Shown here one piece after another: positions 12,487 to 23,744 of a stretch of DNA of 64,000 nucleotides. Numbering within the stretch: the first letter of the stretch is position 1; the number at the start of each line of letters is the position of its first letter. The DNA lies in the NCBI GenBank assembly GCA_047495785.1, contig JBLDXI010000013.1:620001-684000 (forward strand), written 5' to 3'. Origin of the DNA: Lepidodermella squamata (taxonomy: Eukaryota > Animalia > Gastrotricha). The position numbers and the translations under genes were made by a program. The notes under the pieces were generated by a model. It worked only from the letters and a program-made list of their open reading frames with translations, ran no database searches and was not told where the DNA came from.

Positions 12487-12878
12487 CTATAATTCAATAG
12501 TCACAAAATTGCCCGTTAGCAAACCTGAACTAACCGCTTTACCGCGAATTTGCCTTATTGTGATCATAAGGTATTTAAAAGATGAAGAATCTTCAGCATT
12601 ATTTCATTTCATTACATCGATACCCAGAATATAATTCAGGCAGTTTTAATCGGCAAGGAAATTTCAGTGATGAGCAAAGCCGCATTGCTTTTTAGAGTCT
12701 GGATTACCTGGTATGTTATTAAAAATCAGAAAATGAACGCATAGACAGGTGCAACTATTAATTTCTGTGTAAGCAACTTGATTTGAGTGGGTTATCGATT
12801 TTTTATGACCGCAAAATTTTTAGCTTTTACTGAAATCCAAATCAAATTCGCGGTAATAATAACACCGTATGTCTAATA

Positions 12879-13811
12879 CCGTCACTTGGGGCTATCCGGA
12901 CGGCGAAAAAAAATTACCCCCTGATTTTTTTGCATTTTTACACGTTTCAGAAGGTCCTGATTCCAATGGAACCAGGATTCCGAATAGCCCCACGGATGGG
13001 GCTATTCGGACAGGTGTGGGGCTATTAATGATACATAAATACTCAATTCAAATATTACTGATATGTTGTGCTCGGTGGTCGAGTGGCTTTGAATGTGCTC
13101 CTAGAAAGCACAGCAAAGTACGAAAGCAGGGTTCGAGCCCACGCCGCGAAACAATTTTTTGTCCGCAAAAACTTTCCATTATTTTTATGCACAACGATAT
13201 AGTGCAATATAGTGCACTGATTTCTAGTTGAATTATTTAATTAATTAATCAATCAATTGACTTGTCGTATTGCACGTAAAATAAGTATTTTGCAGCCCTT
13301 CCAGTTTATTCAAAAGTTTAAAAAGCTAATGAATTCAAAGACCACTTTAATCAGCGAGGAACTTTTGAACAATGCAGCTCATTAGCATATTCAAAATGAT
13401 ACACCGAATAGCCCCACAACATCATTTTTTCGTGGGGCTAAAAGGACGCAATTAATTAGACAAAAGTATGAGTCGGATCGGGGCGTTTTTAATTTTCATG
13501 GGTGCCCTAGCGTCTGTAGATTCAGGAAAAATTGGGCGCAGGTCCAGCAAAATTCTCTTCGGTTCCAGGTAATTCAACGCAGAACAGTGATTAAACTGAG
13601 TTAAACTTACACCTGAAAGGTAAGCCCATATCTTCACAACCACTTACTCTCAGGTCATGAAATTTTTATGGCATGTGGGTCGTCTTTCCACCTAACTCTG
13701 TGCAAAATTTCATTGCCAATGGCCGGGTAGTTTTTAAGCTATGCTCATTCTCCCGTTTTCATGAACATTCGTCCGAATAGCCCCAATGACCCAGATTACC
13801 CCAAATGACGG
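12879..13811. mobile_element. Non-autonomous TA-flanked DNA transposon (MITE), 933 bp
   Basis: TA|CCGTCACTTGGGGCTATCCGG ... CCAGATTACCCCAAATGACGG|TA imperfect TIRs; internal CCGAATAGCCCC motif in both orientations. Confidence 0.85.
13069..13152 (+). pseudogene. tRNA-like sequence (tRNA pseudogene or SINE head) inside the MITE
   Basis: A-box TGGTCGAGTGG, stem-loop TGTGCT-CCTAGAA-AGCACA, B-box GGGTTCGAGCCC, T-run just downstream; poor acceptor stem. Confidence 0.55.
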
Positions 13812-13833
13812 TATATGAAAACCTAGGTATTTA

Positions 13834-15505
13834 CGTCGCGGTGCTGTGCTAGGTTGAAGATCGTCAGTTTCGCCTGCAGTTTCAGATGTTTTATTTGGAT
13901 TGCTTTTAAAATCCGCAGCGACTGCAACCCGTGTAGGAGACAGTCCTCTAACATATTCGTGCGATTGTCGAGGCTTCCAGCGATCACGGTCACCTAAATA
14001 AAATTTGCCCTGAAAATAGTATTTTTCAAGTGGCAACGAAGATTTACCTGGCGGCGGAACATGCATCATATAAACTTGGCCTTGTGATCCATTAAAGTGA
14101 ATTGTCAGATCGGAATCAAAGTATTGATGTGGAAACATGGGTATGTCAGCGAAGCTGGGCTGGGCATTCTTGGCTCGAAGCTGCGAGGGTAGGTAGGTTG
14201 GTAAATGAAACAGTTATTGGAGGTTTAAACAGAATGGCTGAAAAGTTTGTGGATTTGATCGAGATAATCTCTCAGACAAATAAAACAAAAGTACACCAGA
14301 AAACTTGGTGATAAAAAAATAAAGGTCATTAGCGGATTGCTTATCCTACATGACCAACTTTTAGATTTGTTGCACTGATTTCATTTGAAATAGAGTGTCG
14401 TTCAAATTTAATCAAATCAAAGTGCGGATAGTTTAAGAATCCCATAAGCAAAATCAAATACTTTGCTTCATTTTACGGTTCTGTTGGGAGAATTATCGGA
14501 TAAAAAATCCAGCACGAACAACTAAAACACCGTAAATAAATTTACTTGCCACCGGAAGAGAAATAATTGACGCGAGGACTGGGTTTGCTCCAATCTATAA
14601 TTTTAACGATTGTTCGCCAAGTATAATAGAAAGGAAAGCAAATCAAACCGATTCGCTATATCAAGCGGTGTCTCGTCGTTGTAGTCTTTCATGTCAATAT
14701 CGGCACCATTATGAATAAGTAAATCCAAAATTTCAGATTGTCCTTTCGCCGCCACTATGTGCAAAGCCGTACGCTTAAACTGAGTTTGCCCATTCACATT
14801 TATTCCTGGAAAAATGAATATTTTATTTAAAAAAACTTCAGAGCAGTCGGAATATCACCGGCGGCTATCAGCTGTTTCACCAATCTGGCGTACCCTCGAT
14901 GACACGCTATAATTAAAGCAACTGTTGCTCGAAAACGCAAAGCTTCTTTCCTTCTCTCAATATCCTTGATATAGTCCAGGCTAGGGCTTCGGAAATCACT
15001 GTCTTCGGTTATTCCAAGAGACATGAGCTTAAAACTCACGTGTAATACAAATTAAACAAATTGGTACTAATAATACTTACCTTATCGAAATCTTGCTCAA
15101 GAACGGCTTCGACTAACTTAGACCAGTCGTGTCTTATCGAGAGAGAAAGAGTGCAGTAATTAACGAGGTTTAGCTCATGCAGGTACATGTTATCATATAG
15201 AATCGCTTCATCGTTGAAGCAAACTTGTTGAACCATGGTCGGAATTCCGGTGAGCAACTCAATGTCTCCTTTTAATTCAGCGATGGTCAAACCGGTATTT
15301 ATTTTCATGTCGTAATTCTCCAAAAATCTGGATTCTTTAAACTGTATTTTAATGTTCATCGAGCGACACTTGTGCCGGTTTAGTTTTCCGTCAGAGCCAG
15401 GCTCGGCTGGCTGCCCTCCAGAAAGCAGACCACACGCGCTGCACCGAAATACTGAAAATCGCAAATCATGAGCCTGATTCCAAGTTATGGATATTTACCT
15501 GGCAT
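13834..15505 (-). CDS. ANKRD60-like ubiquitin-like plus ankyrin-repeat protein (3' end uncertain)
   Basis: UBL segment TIAELKGDIELLTGIP..QQV; ankyrin repeats ALIIACHRGY and RTALHIVAAKGQ..ETPLDIA; downstream exons QLFLFRWQ|LRAK..HQYFDS. Confidence 0.75.
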
Positions 15506-16715
15506 TATATTTGAATGCTTTTCAAGAAGCCTGAATTGTCATGTTAAGATTCTTGGTGGGCAACAGAACAAAGCTGAAGTTATCTTGCATCCATACACGA
15601 TGTTCTTACATCGATGGGATCGCGAACTTCGACAAGAAGCAAATTCGGACGTTACCATAACAACGTAAATTATTGCAAAAACATTTTAAACATTATTTAA
15701 AAAAATGTCATTGAATTAATATTACAGCCACGTCAAAGACGAAAAAGTTTCAAATCTGCGCGTTTTTCATCCATCAGTTTTTGACGGGTTCGCTTACACA
15801 ACGAGGTTCAACGCGGTCGTTTCTCCCGCCTCCCGCGGCGCCGCTCCATCTCGATTGATGGCGTATGGCGTATCTCTTGGTATCGTTCCTGTCACTCACA
15901 AGTAGGGCTTATCCGAAATTCTTTCAGCTGAGCTCTTGTCGCTAATAATTGATTTTTACTCGCTCTTGATCTACATTGAACGTTGAACAATGAAATGCAC
16001 TTTTTATAGATGATTTATGATTGATTTATAGATAAGGGGATGGGTTTTGAATTTCCTTTTGCAGTTTGATCGTTGATCTTTTCAGTGAGATTTTATCAGG
16101 TAGAAACAGGAAAGTAGTAGTTGACAATAGATCTCGTTTATCGCTTTCGAGACCTGTTAAAAGTTGCCAGGAAAAATGGTTATTTCTCCATTAATTGTCG
16201 CACTGCTACCAGCTGAGATAGCAGTTTTCTATTTATAATTGCTGGACGCGTGACGAATTTTGAATGAATGGAGAAATAGGGCTTGAGATTAAGATATCTT
16301 AACCAGCTGCTAACTTGTTCTTAACTGGTTGTCGATCACAGAAGCCAAAGACGCAACCCTCAACGTCTTCTAAATCAATATTGAGAGCCCGTGATTTGGG
16401 AGACATTTTAGATTGTATAGGCTGAGGTTATACATCTTTTCAGCTACTATTTATTTTTCTCTGAGAGTACCCTGTCTTGTTCAGAGCTTCCACGTCCGAG
16501 GAAAAGCTACCTATTTTTAAATGCTGTATAACGTCTTATTTTCATCGAAAAGCGCGCTTTTCAGTTTGCAGGCATTTATTTTATTTATTTAGATGTTAGA
16601 TTTGCGTGACGTTTCAACCATCAGCAGGCGAAAATACTCAGAAAAGTGCAATTGCTATATTTGTATTATTTTTTAGCCCACGATTCTTTAATCATTCCGG
16701 CCGTGTGTCATTGAA

Positions 16716-19326
16716 ATGTCAAATGCACGATTCCCCTATCTACAAGCGGACGAAGTAGCAAATTTCCCTTCCATTAAACTCGGACTCGATCCTGAAAAGG
16801 AGTTAACATATCGGCAACAGGCCAGCGCTTTCATTCAAGAATTGGGCCAGCGACTTCAGTGGTGAGTTGCAAGAACATCCGATCATCTCTTAAATCATTT
16901 AATAAACAACAGCACACAATGTACAATGAATACTGCTATTGTATACATGCATCGATTTTACTATCTTAACTCGTTCACTAAATTTCATCGAAACGTAAGT
17001 TATAGCTTGATGGACTATGAATATTTAATTTATTATTTCCCAATGCAGACGATGGCTCCTGCTTGTCTCTTCTTGGCCTGCAAAGTAGAGGAGCAACCGC
17101 GAAAAGTCGAACATATAATCAAGGCGGTTTATCGGATTCTATGCAGGGAGAAACAGCCACCCGAGCCAAACACTGAGGTAAAGCGTCCTTATGGATTAGC
17201 ATTCCTCATAGGCTCTGTTCTGGTTGATTTATGTCATAGTAGCCATTGATATTCACATATAGCTACATGATTATGCGCTAGCGGTGTAAATAGGATGCTT
17301 TCGTTTTCGATCTGATTCTTGAACATTTGATTGAGCAAGGCTTGAGCATCTATAGTAAGCGCGTAGTTTCGTCATGTAGCTAATTGTGAGCAAGGCGAAT
17401 TGGCTTGTCTCTTATCAAAATGTACTTTAAAAAAGTTGAACTGATAGGTTAGTCTTCCGCGGCCGATTTCGAATTATAAATTCCACTTGAAGTTACATAA
17501 TTCTGCTTCGATTTCAGGAGTATCTGCAAAAGGCTGAGGAATTGGTTGTGAATGAAAATATACTGTTGCAGACGCTTGGTAATAATTGAAGGTTAAAGCT
17601 TACATGCTATAATCGCCTAGTCCACTTTGGAAAGGCTTTCGCATAATCGTCGATCACCCTCACCCGCACATCGTCCGATATTGCGATCGTGATTTGGCTA
17701 ACAGTGGTCAAGGTTAGAAAAGTTTGAATTTTTATTCAACTCTTATTAATATTGTTTTACAGGTCACAATATCGCTCAAGTTGCGTGGTTCTTGGCGACG
17801 AACAGTTTGCATCTGACAACATTTTGCCTTCAGTATCCTCCGACTGTTATCGCTGCCCTTTGTATTTATCTCTCGTGTAAGTACATTTCTTGCCCTCTTC
17901 AATCGAAATCGAACCAGCCATGGTGGTACGATATCGATCGGAACGCGTCCGAAGAGCTGCTCACCAAGTTGGCCTACGAATTCGTTGCAATTATGGACAA
18001 GGCCCCGACAAAATATAAAACTATCAAGGGGAGTAAAATAGGTTAGCGCTCAGTGATTCTTGCTGGGATGAATACGTGTGTGAATATAACCCATGTTGCC
18101 TATATTACGCAGGTTCAGAGTCTTTGTTAGGTCAAGCTCCTCAAAATTCTGGTGCTCAAAATACGAATGACGATTCGACACCTGCTCAAGTTCGCCCGGA
18201 TGCTGGTAATGTGGATTCGGTAGGGAAAGACAAGCCAGTGAAGGAAGAAGCGGTGGATGAAAAAGCGAAAGGTGCGTCACAGTTTATTTGGAATACATCG
18301 TTAATTATGTTACGCATTTTCAGAAACAGGAAAATCTCATAGATCGGCAACAAATACTGACGATGACGAGCTTTCATCACCTCCTCGCAAGCAGTCGAAG
18401 TTAGGCACTGCGATATCGCTTAAAGATTATAAAGCCAGGAAAGCTACAATGGACCAGCATTCCGGACCAGCTTCAACCAACCCAGGTAGGGCTTTTATGA
18501 AGTTGTTGCAAGTTGAACCATGACATTTATGTCGTAGCGAGCGAATCGCCCAGCGTTGAGCATCGATTAACTGGAAAGGCGCCGTCATCGCCCTCTACGG
18601 TAGACCCTCTCCATCATAAAGTTCCCGCACCTCTTCATGGCTTGCCGATCCTTGAACCCCTTACATTGAGTGCCGAAGAAACAGAGCACAAAGAGTCTTC
18701 AAAAATCTCAAGCCAGCCACACTCAAAGTCTGATTCGCGGCATCCTGAGAAAAGTAAAACCGATGCTGATCGACACCGGTCTCATCATCACCATCGACCT
18801 TCTCACCACGGAAACGAGGAGTCTAAAGCCAGTGCGACCAATCACAGTAGCAGCGCTAGTAATCAAAGTAGCAGCGACCGCCACCATCGTCATCACTTGC
18901 ATCATCGTTCCTCCCATCATCATCATCGAGGCTCCACCGGTGAAAAGCAATCACAACCGCAGGCAGCGGCAAGTGCAATAAAATCTGAAGCAGGGCAGCA
19001 AAATCACGTGCGAAGCTCGCATCACAATGCCGATTCGGAAAATTCAAGTAACAATAGCGCGATAGCTAACGGCAACTCCAAGTCTACGGTATCAGAGACA
19101 GCCGCAACCGTCGACATATCGTCTAAAGTTTCAATCGAAGCATCGATGATGGATGCAAGCCAAATGTACGTACTTTAGCACTACATTATGAGTTTTTCTT
19201 ACATTTATCGCTTCCAGATTATTAGCCACACCTCCGTCACCTTCGTCTACCCAACACGCAGATCTAATGGATGTGAAAAGCGAGCAGGTATCTGCTGCTG
19301 AGAACGCCCCTTCTGCCGTCGTTTAA
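16716..19326 (+). CDS. CCNT: Cyclin T (multi-exon)
   Basis: ELTYRQQAS..NTAIVYMHRFY..LFLACKVEEQPRK..LLQTLGF..DHPH..ATNSLHLTTFCLQY; His-rich C-terminal region. Confidence 0.95.
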
Positions 19327-20502
19327 AATTCGATCGCGCCTACTCCACCGCAGGCCGCCTCGGGTTCGAATAACTATCGATAAAGCACCAGAATAAAATT
19401 GTTTTATCTATCTCGTTAAGATTTGCATCATTTGTTGGTCAGAGTTAACTTTTTGATGTATGTGCGTAAAGCACAAGTGCTAACATTTATAGAAAACTAG
19501 AATTAAAGTCGGATCCTACTGCTGCCCAGAAGATGAATGTCTTGTGGCGTTCATAGCCGATGAAGCTTTGCTCGAGTCGTTTCATGAAGTTACGAATTGA
19601 AGAACTGGCGTTGAATCAATTAATACACATAATACGCTATCTACATTTGTGTTTCGTGATCGATCATTTATAAAACCTAATTTCGCGGCAAGGTACTTGA
19701 CCGCGTCTTGCACACCTGTGAAAATAATGTAAAATATTGAAAGCGTTATTACTGAATACATAGTCTCTTTTAATTCGATGTTGATATGAAATTCTAGAGC
19801 GAATATCTCGACTGAAACCGTCGCCAGTTAAGAAGAAATTGGAGCGTTGATTCAAGTGCGTAGATGATGCGGTTATATTAGAGATCAGCTTGACACGAAG
19901 TCGCGGCTTCTATCTTTCACAACTTTCGCCGCCTCTTTCGCCTTCTTGACTCTTCTCACCGTATATTGAATGATGATGATACTGAAATTGTGAACTCCGC
20001 GTGTACATAGCCTGCGTTACCGTACTCGGCATATTATACATCTCGTATAAACTGGGTAATTCGTCTCAAGGTACAGTATTGCAGGATGTTTAGTGGAGCT
20101 ACACTGCTTGGTGAAAATGAGGTTATTGTCAAAATAAAATAATGATAATTTTTCAACCGATTTTTCGGTTTTATTACTTTCGTCTTAGCGGAGAGAGAAG
20201 TTTTACGGAACTGCAGATTTTATTCAAGTTGCTCAGAATGTTTGAAGTAATCTTGTACCCAAACAATAAAATTCAATATTTGAAAAGCCGATTTACGCAT
20301 AAAAACAATTTTTGTCGCAAGATGGAGTTGAGTGAACTGTATTAACCATACTCATGTCCAAACAGGCAATAGTTTCATTATTCAAATTCACATAATACAT
20401 TTTTCAGTAAGCATTTATTAAAGCACGTAGCATGTAGCAATAATCCACAACAAAACGCCGAGTAGACAGGAAACACGAAGAAACAGCAGATTAGAAGGCC
20501 TT

Positions 20503-21789
20503 TCAGGACTTTCGATGCTTGCTTGGTTGGACCTTTGCCATCAAACCATCCCGATCGAGTCCGTATGCGTCAACTTTAGCTAAGCTATGGTTCTTCCTAA
20601 GGCTGCCTTCGATAAGAAATGTGTTAGGTTCGGCAGAATAGTCGTTTTCGGCCACTTTGATGTCGTTAAAATCCTGATTGATCATATCCCGCAGCGATTC
20701 TTTGGCTTTCAAGGGCTTTGGCAATCCTACTTCTGAACCGTTGTCGATAGCATTCAAGTTGCATTTTTTTAGAAGAACGTTGACATCATCGGCATTCGTG
20801 CGTCGGGAAGTTAATTTGCGAAAAGTAATGACAGGGGTGGTAGATGTCAAGTTCCTGTGGATAAGTTCATGCCTAAATGACAATTCGAAAATGTATGAAA
20901 TTATGAATACGGAAAACGATTTACGTTAGCAGTTCGGCAAGCTGTTTCAGCTCGAATTCGACGTCATCGTCATTCAACTCCACATTGGCAAAGCATTTCC
21001 ACGTAATATCAAGGCTCGAAAGGCCGTCTGTAAGTTCAATCTGGAATTGAAAACGATCATAATTTCAATAAAATAAGTCCGGGCCAAACCCAAGTATATG
21101 ATGATTTAGGAATAATAGCCCGTTATAATGTAAACATGCTCTCGTGCCTTCCCAATCAGCGCCATAACAAATGCATTTCAAGTAATAGGCATCATTTATC
21201 CTCTCAAATCTTAAAGCACGAACACGTTGCTTTTGCATATGCCAAGCCCCATTTTTCCAATAATTTGTAAGACATTGAAAGTTGGACAATAACAATTTAC
21301 TAGAGCCAACCAAAAAATAATAATATTCGTAACTTACATTGTGAATTCCGATCTTATCCTTGCAGTTGAGCTCCTTCAGCGAGTTCAGAGTTGCATCAAT
21401 AACCATATCGCGTAGGGCGAAAGCTACTCTATGGGAGGGTTTTAGAGACAAATGGGGGTTGTCGTCAGCACCAATTACAGACGTTCGCGATGACGACGTC
21501 ATTCGGATTAGGGCAGACTAAATAAAAAACAATGCACTTCATTAGCTCGACGACGAAAACAACTTACGGGGTCATAATTTTCTAGAATAAGAGCACTTCC
21601 TTTTTTCCTAGATGGAATAATTCGAAAAGTTGGCAAGTTGATTGACATTAACTTGGGGAAAAAATACCGGTGAAAGGACAGTTGACTTTGACTTGCCCTT
21701 TGTTTCAGGCGCTGAATGTATTTGTCAGTACACATTCTCGGGGAAGTAGAATAAAACCTGAGGACAGCTCCAAGCGATTTTGTCGTCAT
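20503..21789 (-). CDS. RBFA: Mitochondrial ribosome-binding factor A-like protein (4 exons)
   Basis: N-terminus resembling a mitochondrial targeting peptide (MTTKSLGAVLRFYSTSPRM); spliced IHN|IELTDGLSSLDITW..ELKQLAELL.HELIHRNLTSTTPVITF resembles the RbfA domain. Confidence 0.65.
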
Positions 21790-21793
21790 TTTG

Positions 21794-22222
21794 TTACTGA
21801 TTAATTGTTATCTCCAATACTCTAAGGCCGTTTTCAGACGGATCAGTTATGACTAGGCCTCTGGGAATGTAGATTTTCTCGTTTTGCTCGTTGACGTAAG
21901 ACGCCACCCGTTGCAAACACTTTTCGTAATGAGTATCGATACAAAGATAGAGCAGATAGAAAGTCAAACAAGAGCAGCAGCTTTCACAAAAGGTTGTGCA
22001 ACTGAGTTCCTCGGCCTCTTGGAACAAAGCGTTAATATTTTCTATGGTTTCGAGAAATCTGGGTTCGTCGATATAAGCCTTGAGTTCCCGAGGGAATCTC
22101 TTTTCAAAACGGACACTCAGTCCTTCAGAATAGTCGCGCTGAATGAAGACTTTGTTTGAATTTCGAGAAGCATTAACACTTCCGAGAGGAACGCGCTCGG
22201 GATCACCGCCGACGTTATTCAT
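21794..22222 (-). CDS. GOLGA7: Golgin subfamily A member 7 (Erf4 family), intronless CDS
   Basis: KVFIQRDYSEG..FESCCSCLTFYL..THYEKCL..PRGLVITDPSENGLRVLEI. Confidence 0.95.
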   Translation of the reverse strand: MNNVGGDPERVPLGSVNASRNSNKVFIQRDYSEGLSVRFEKRFPRELKAYIDEPRFLETIENINALFQEAEELSCTTFCESCCSCLTFYLLYLCIDTHYEKCLQRVASYVNEQNEKIYIPRGLVITDPSENGLRVLEITINQ

Positions 22223-22769
22223 AAATAAATATCATAACTTAATAGCTATATCAAAATGAAAGTATGCAGTGGTTAATCAAATTAAACGATAGAAAAAACT
22301 ACATTGGACGTGTTGCTAACAGTTGCTATTTATGGATTTTGCAACAGCATGGAAAACAACACTTGTTGTTCCCCTGCAATCCTGTAAAAAAATTTTCCTA
22401 GGATCAGAACAAGCTATGGATGACTTCCGTCAGGGATGGAAGGACGGATTTCAGACCCTGCCCCCATTTCAGGTGATTTAACTCTTAACAGGGACTGAGT
22501 TGCTGTGGGGAAACGCTTGGAGAGATGACACACCAGAATGCAAAAATAAGCAGCAAAATAAGGATATAATCTAATTGTTATTTGGTCTATTTTCTATTAG
22601 GATGGTATTTGTTGCAAAGGAATCAAATAAAGATGATGATAATAATAATGCTCGCTCGGAAAAGTGCTAATCAAGTTAATGCTGTAGGTGAGCGGCTTTG
22701 CGGCAACAAGACGAACTTCACGATTCACGATCATGATCACGAATTAACGATGTCTCTTGTCTCCTCGCC

Positions 22770-22860
22770 CTGACGGACTCAAGCTTTCGCCGTAAGGCGG
22801 AGCTAGTGAGAAAACGCGAGCTGACGTCTTAAGTAAGTTTGATACGGTTGTTGTAGTCAA
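22770..22860. repeat. Dispersed repeat, copy 2
   Basis: Matches 8292-8385; contains hairpin AGCTTTCGCC-GTAA-GGCGGAGCT. Confidence 0.8.
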
Positions 22861-23744
22861 AACCCGACGGCGAGTTAACAGAGAGTTGAATGTTAACCGT
22901 GGCCATTTTATTCTCGAGTATTTTGCACGTAACTATGCGTCGGGCGTTGGGCGTTGGTTAGATTCACGGGACTTTGGTGGTCTTACACTAACTTCACTTA
23001 CCCCGATTGATCTCGCCACCCTTCCGAAATGGAATAAAAACAACTTCCGCGAAAAGCGAAAGCGAAAAACGAAAACTCGCCCTTTTTAATTTTCCAATTT
23101 TCCAATTTGCGAATTCTTTCTCATACGCTTATAGTATGAATAAAACCGCGATTAATAATGATCTCGGAAAATTTATGATCGAATACTGGTCTTCACATAT
23201 ATATATAGGACTTTTTCAATAAATCTTGTGGGGCGGACCTTATTTTCTCTGGCCTGTCAGTTTTTGGTTGAAGGAGTCGTGCCCGGGTCATTCTGATGGT
23301 AACTCTGTGCTAGATGTCAACAAACACCAAAAGAGAGTGTTTGAGATTTGATGAGCCATCAACACGGGTGCAACACGAACTGGAGCAGAGGCTGACTGCC
23401 ATTGGCTTCTCATGGCTGCTGGTTTCTCAACCGCATCCTTGGTCTGTGTTTAGGGTCCACGTCAAGGATCATCCTCTTTCCATCTTTCCTCACATCAGCC
23501 GTGGCTATTCATTAGCCTCATCAGAGTCGAAAACTTTGATGACAAAGATAACTTCATTATCTGAAATACCGGTTTTGCGGTACTACTAAATCGACGACTC
23601 ATTGCCATCAATCTTTGCGTAACCGTGATGCAAAAGCTTTAATCGGATACCAGCGCTACAGATTCTAGTTTATCGCTAGCTGCTGTTTAATTACACGTGT
23701 TATACTTGTGTTTAATTTTTTAGAAGTTAACGATGACGTGAAAG

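Noticed and set aside
13069-13152. Functional tRNA-Leu/Ser gene
   Set aside because: Acceptor stem pairs poorly, the loop has C at the invariant U33 position, and it lies inside a transposon
12869-13643. ORFs inside the MITE as a transposase
   Set aside because: Short, with no DDE or HTH motifs
18780-18930. Poly-His region as a novel feature
   Set aside because: A His-rich region is an established feature of metazoan cyclin T
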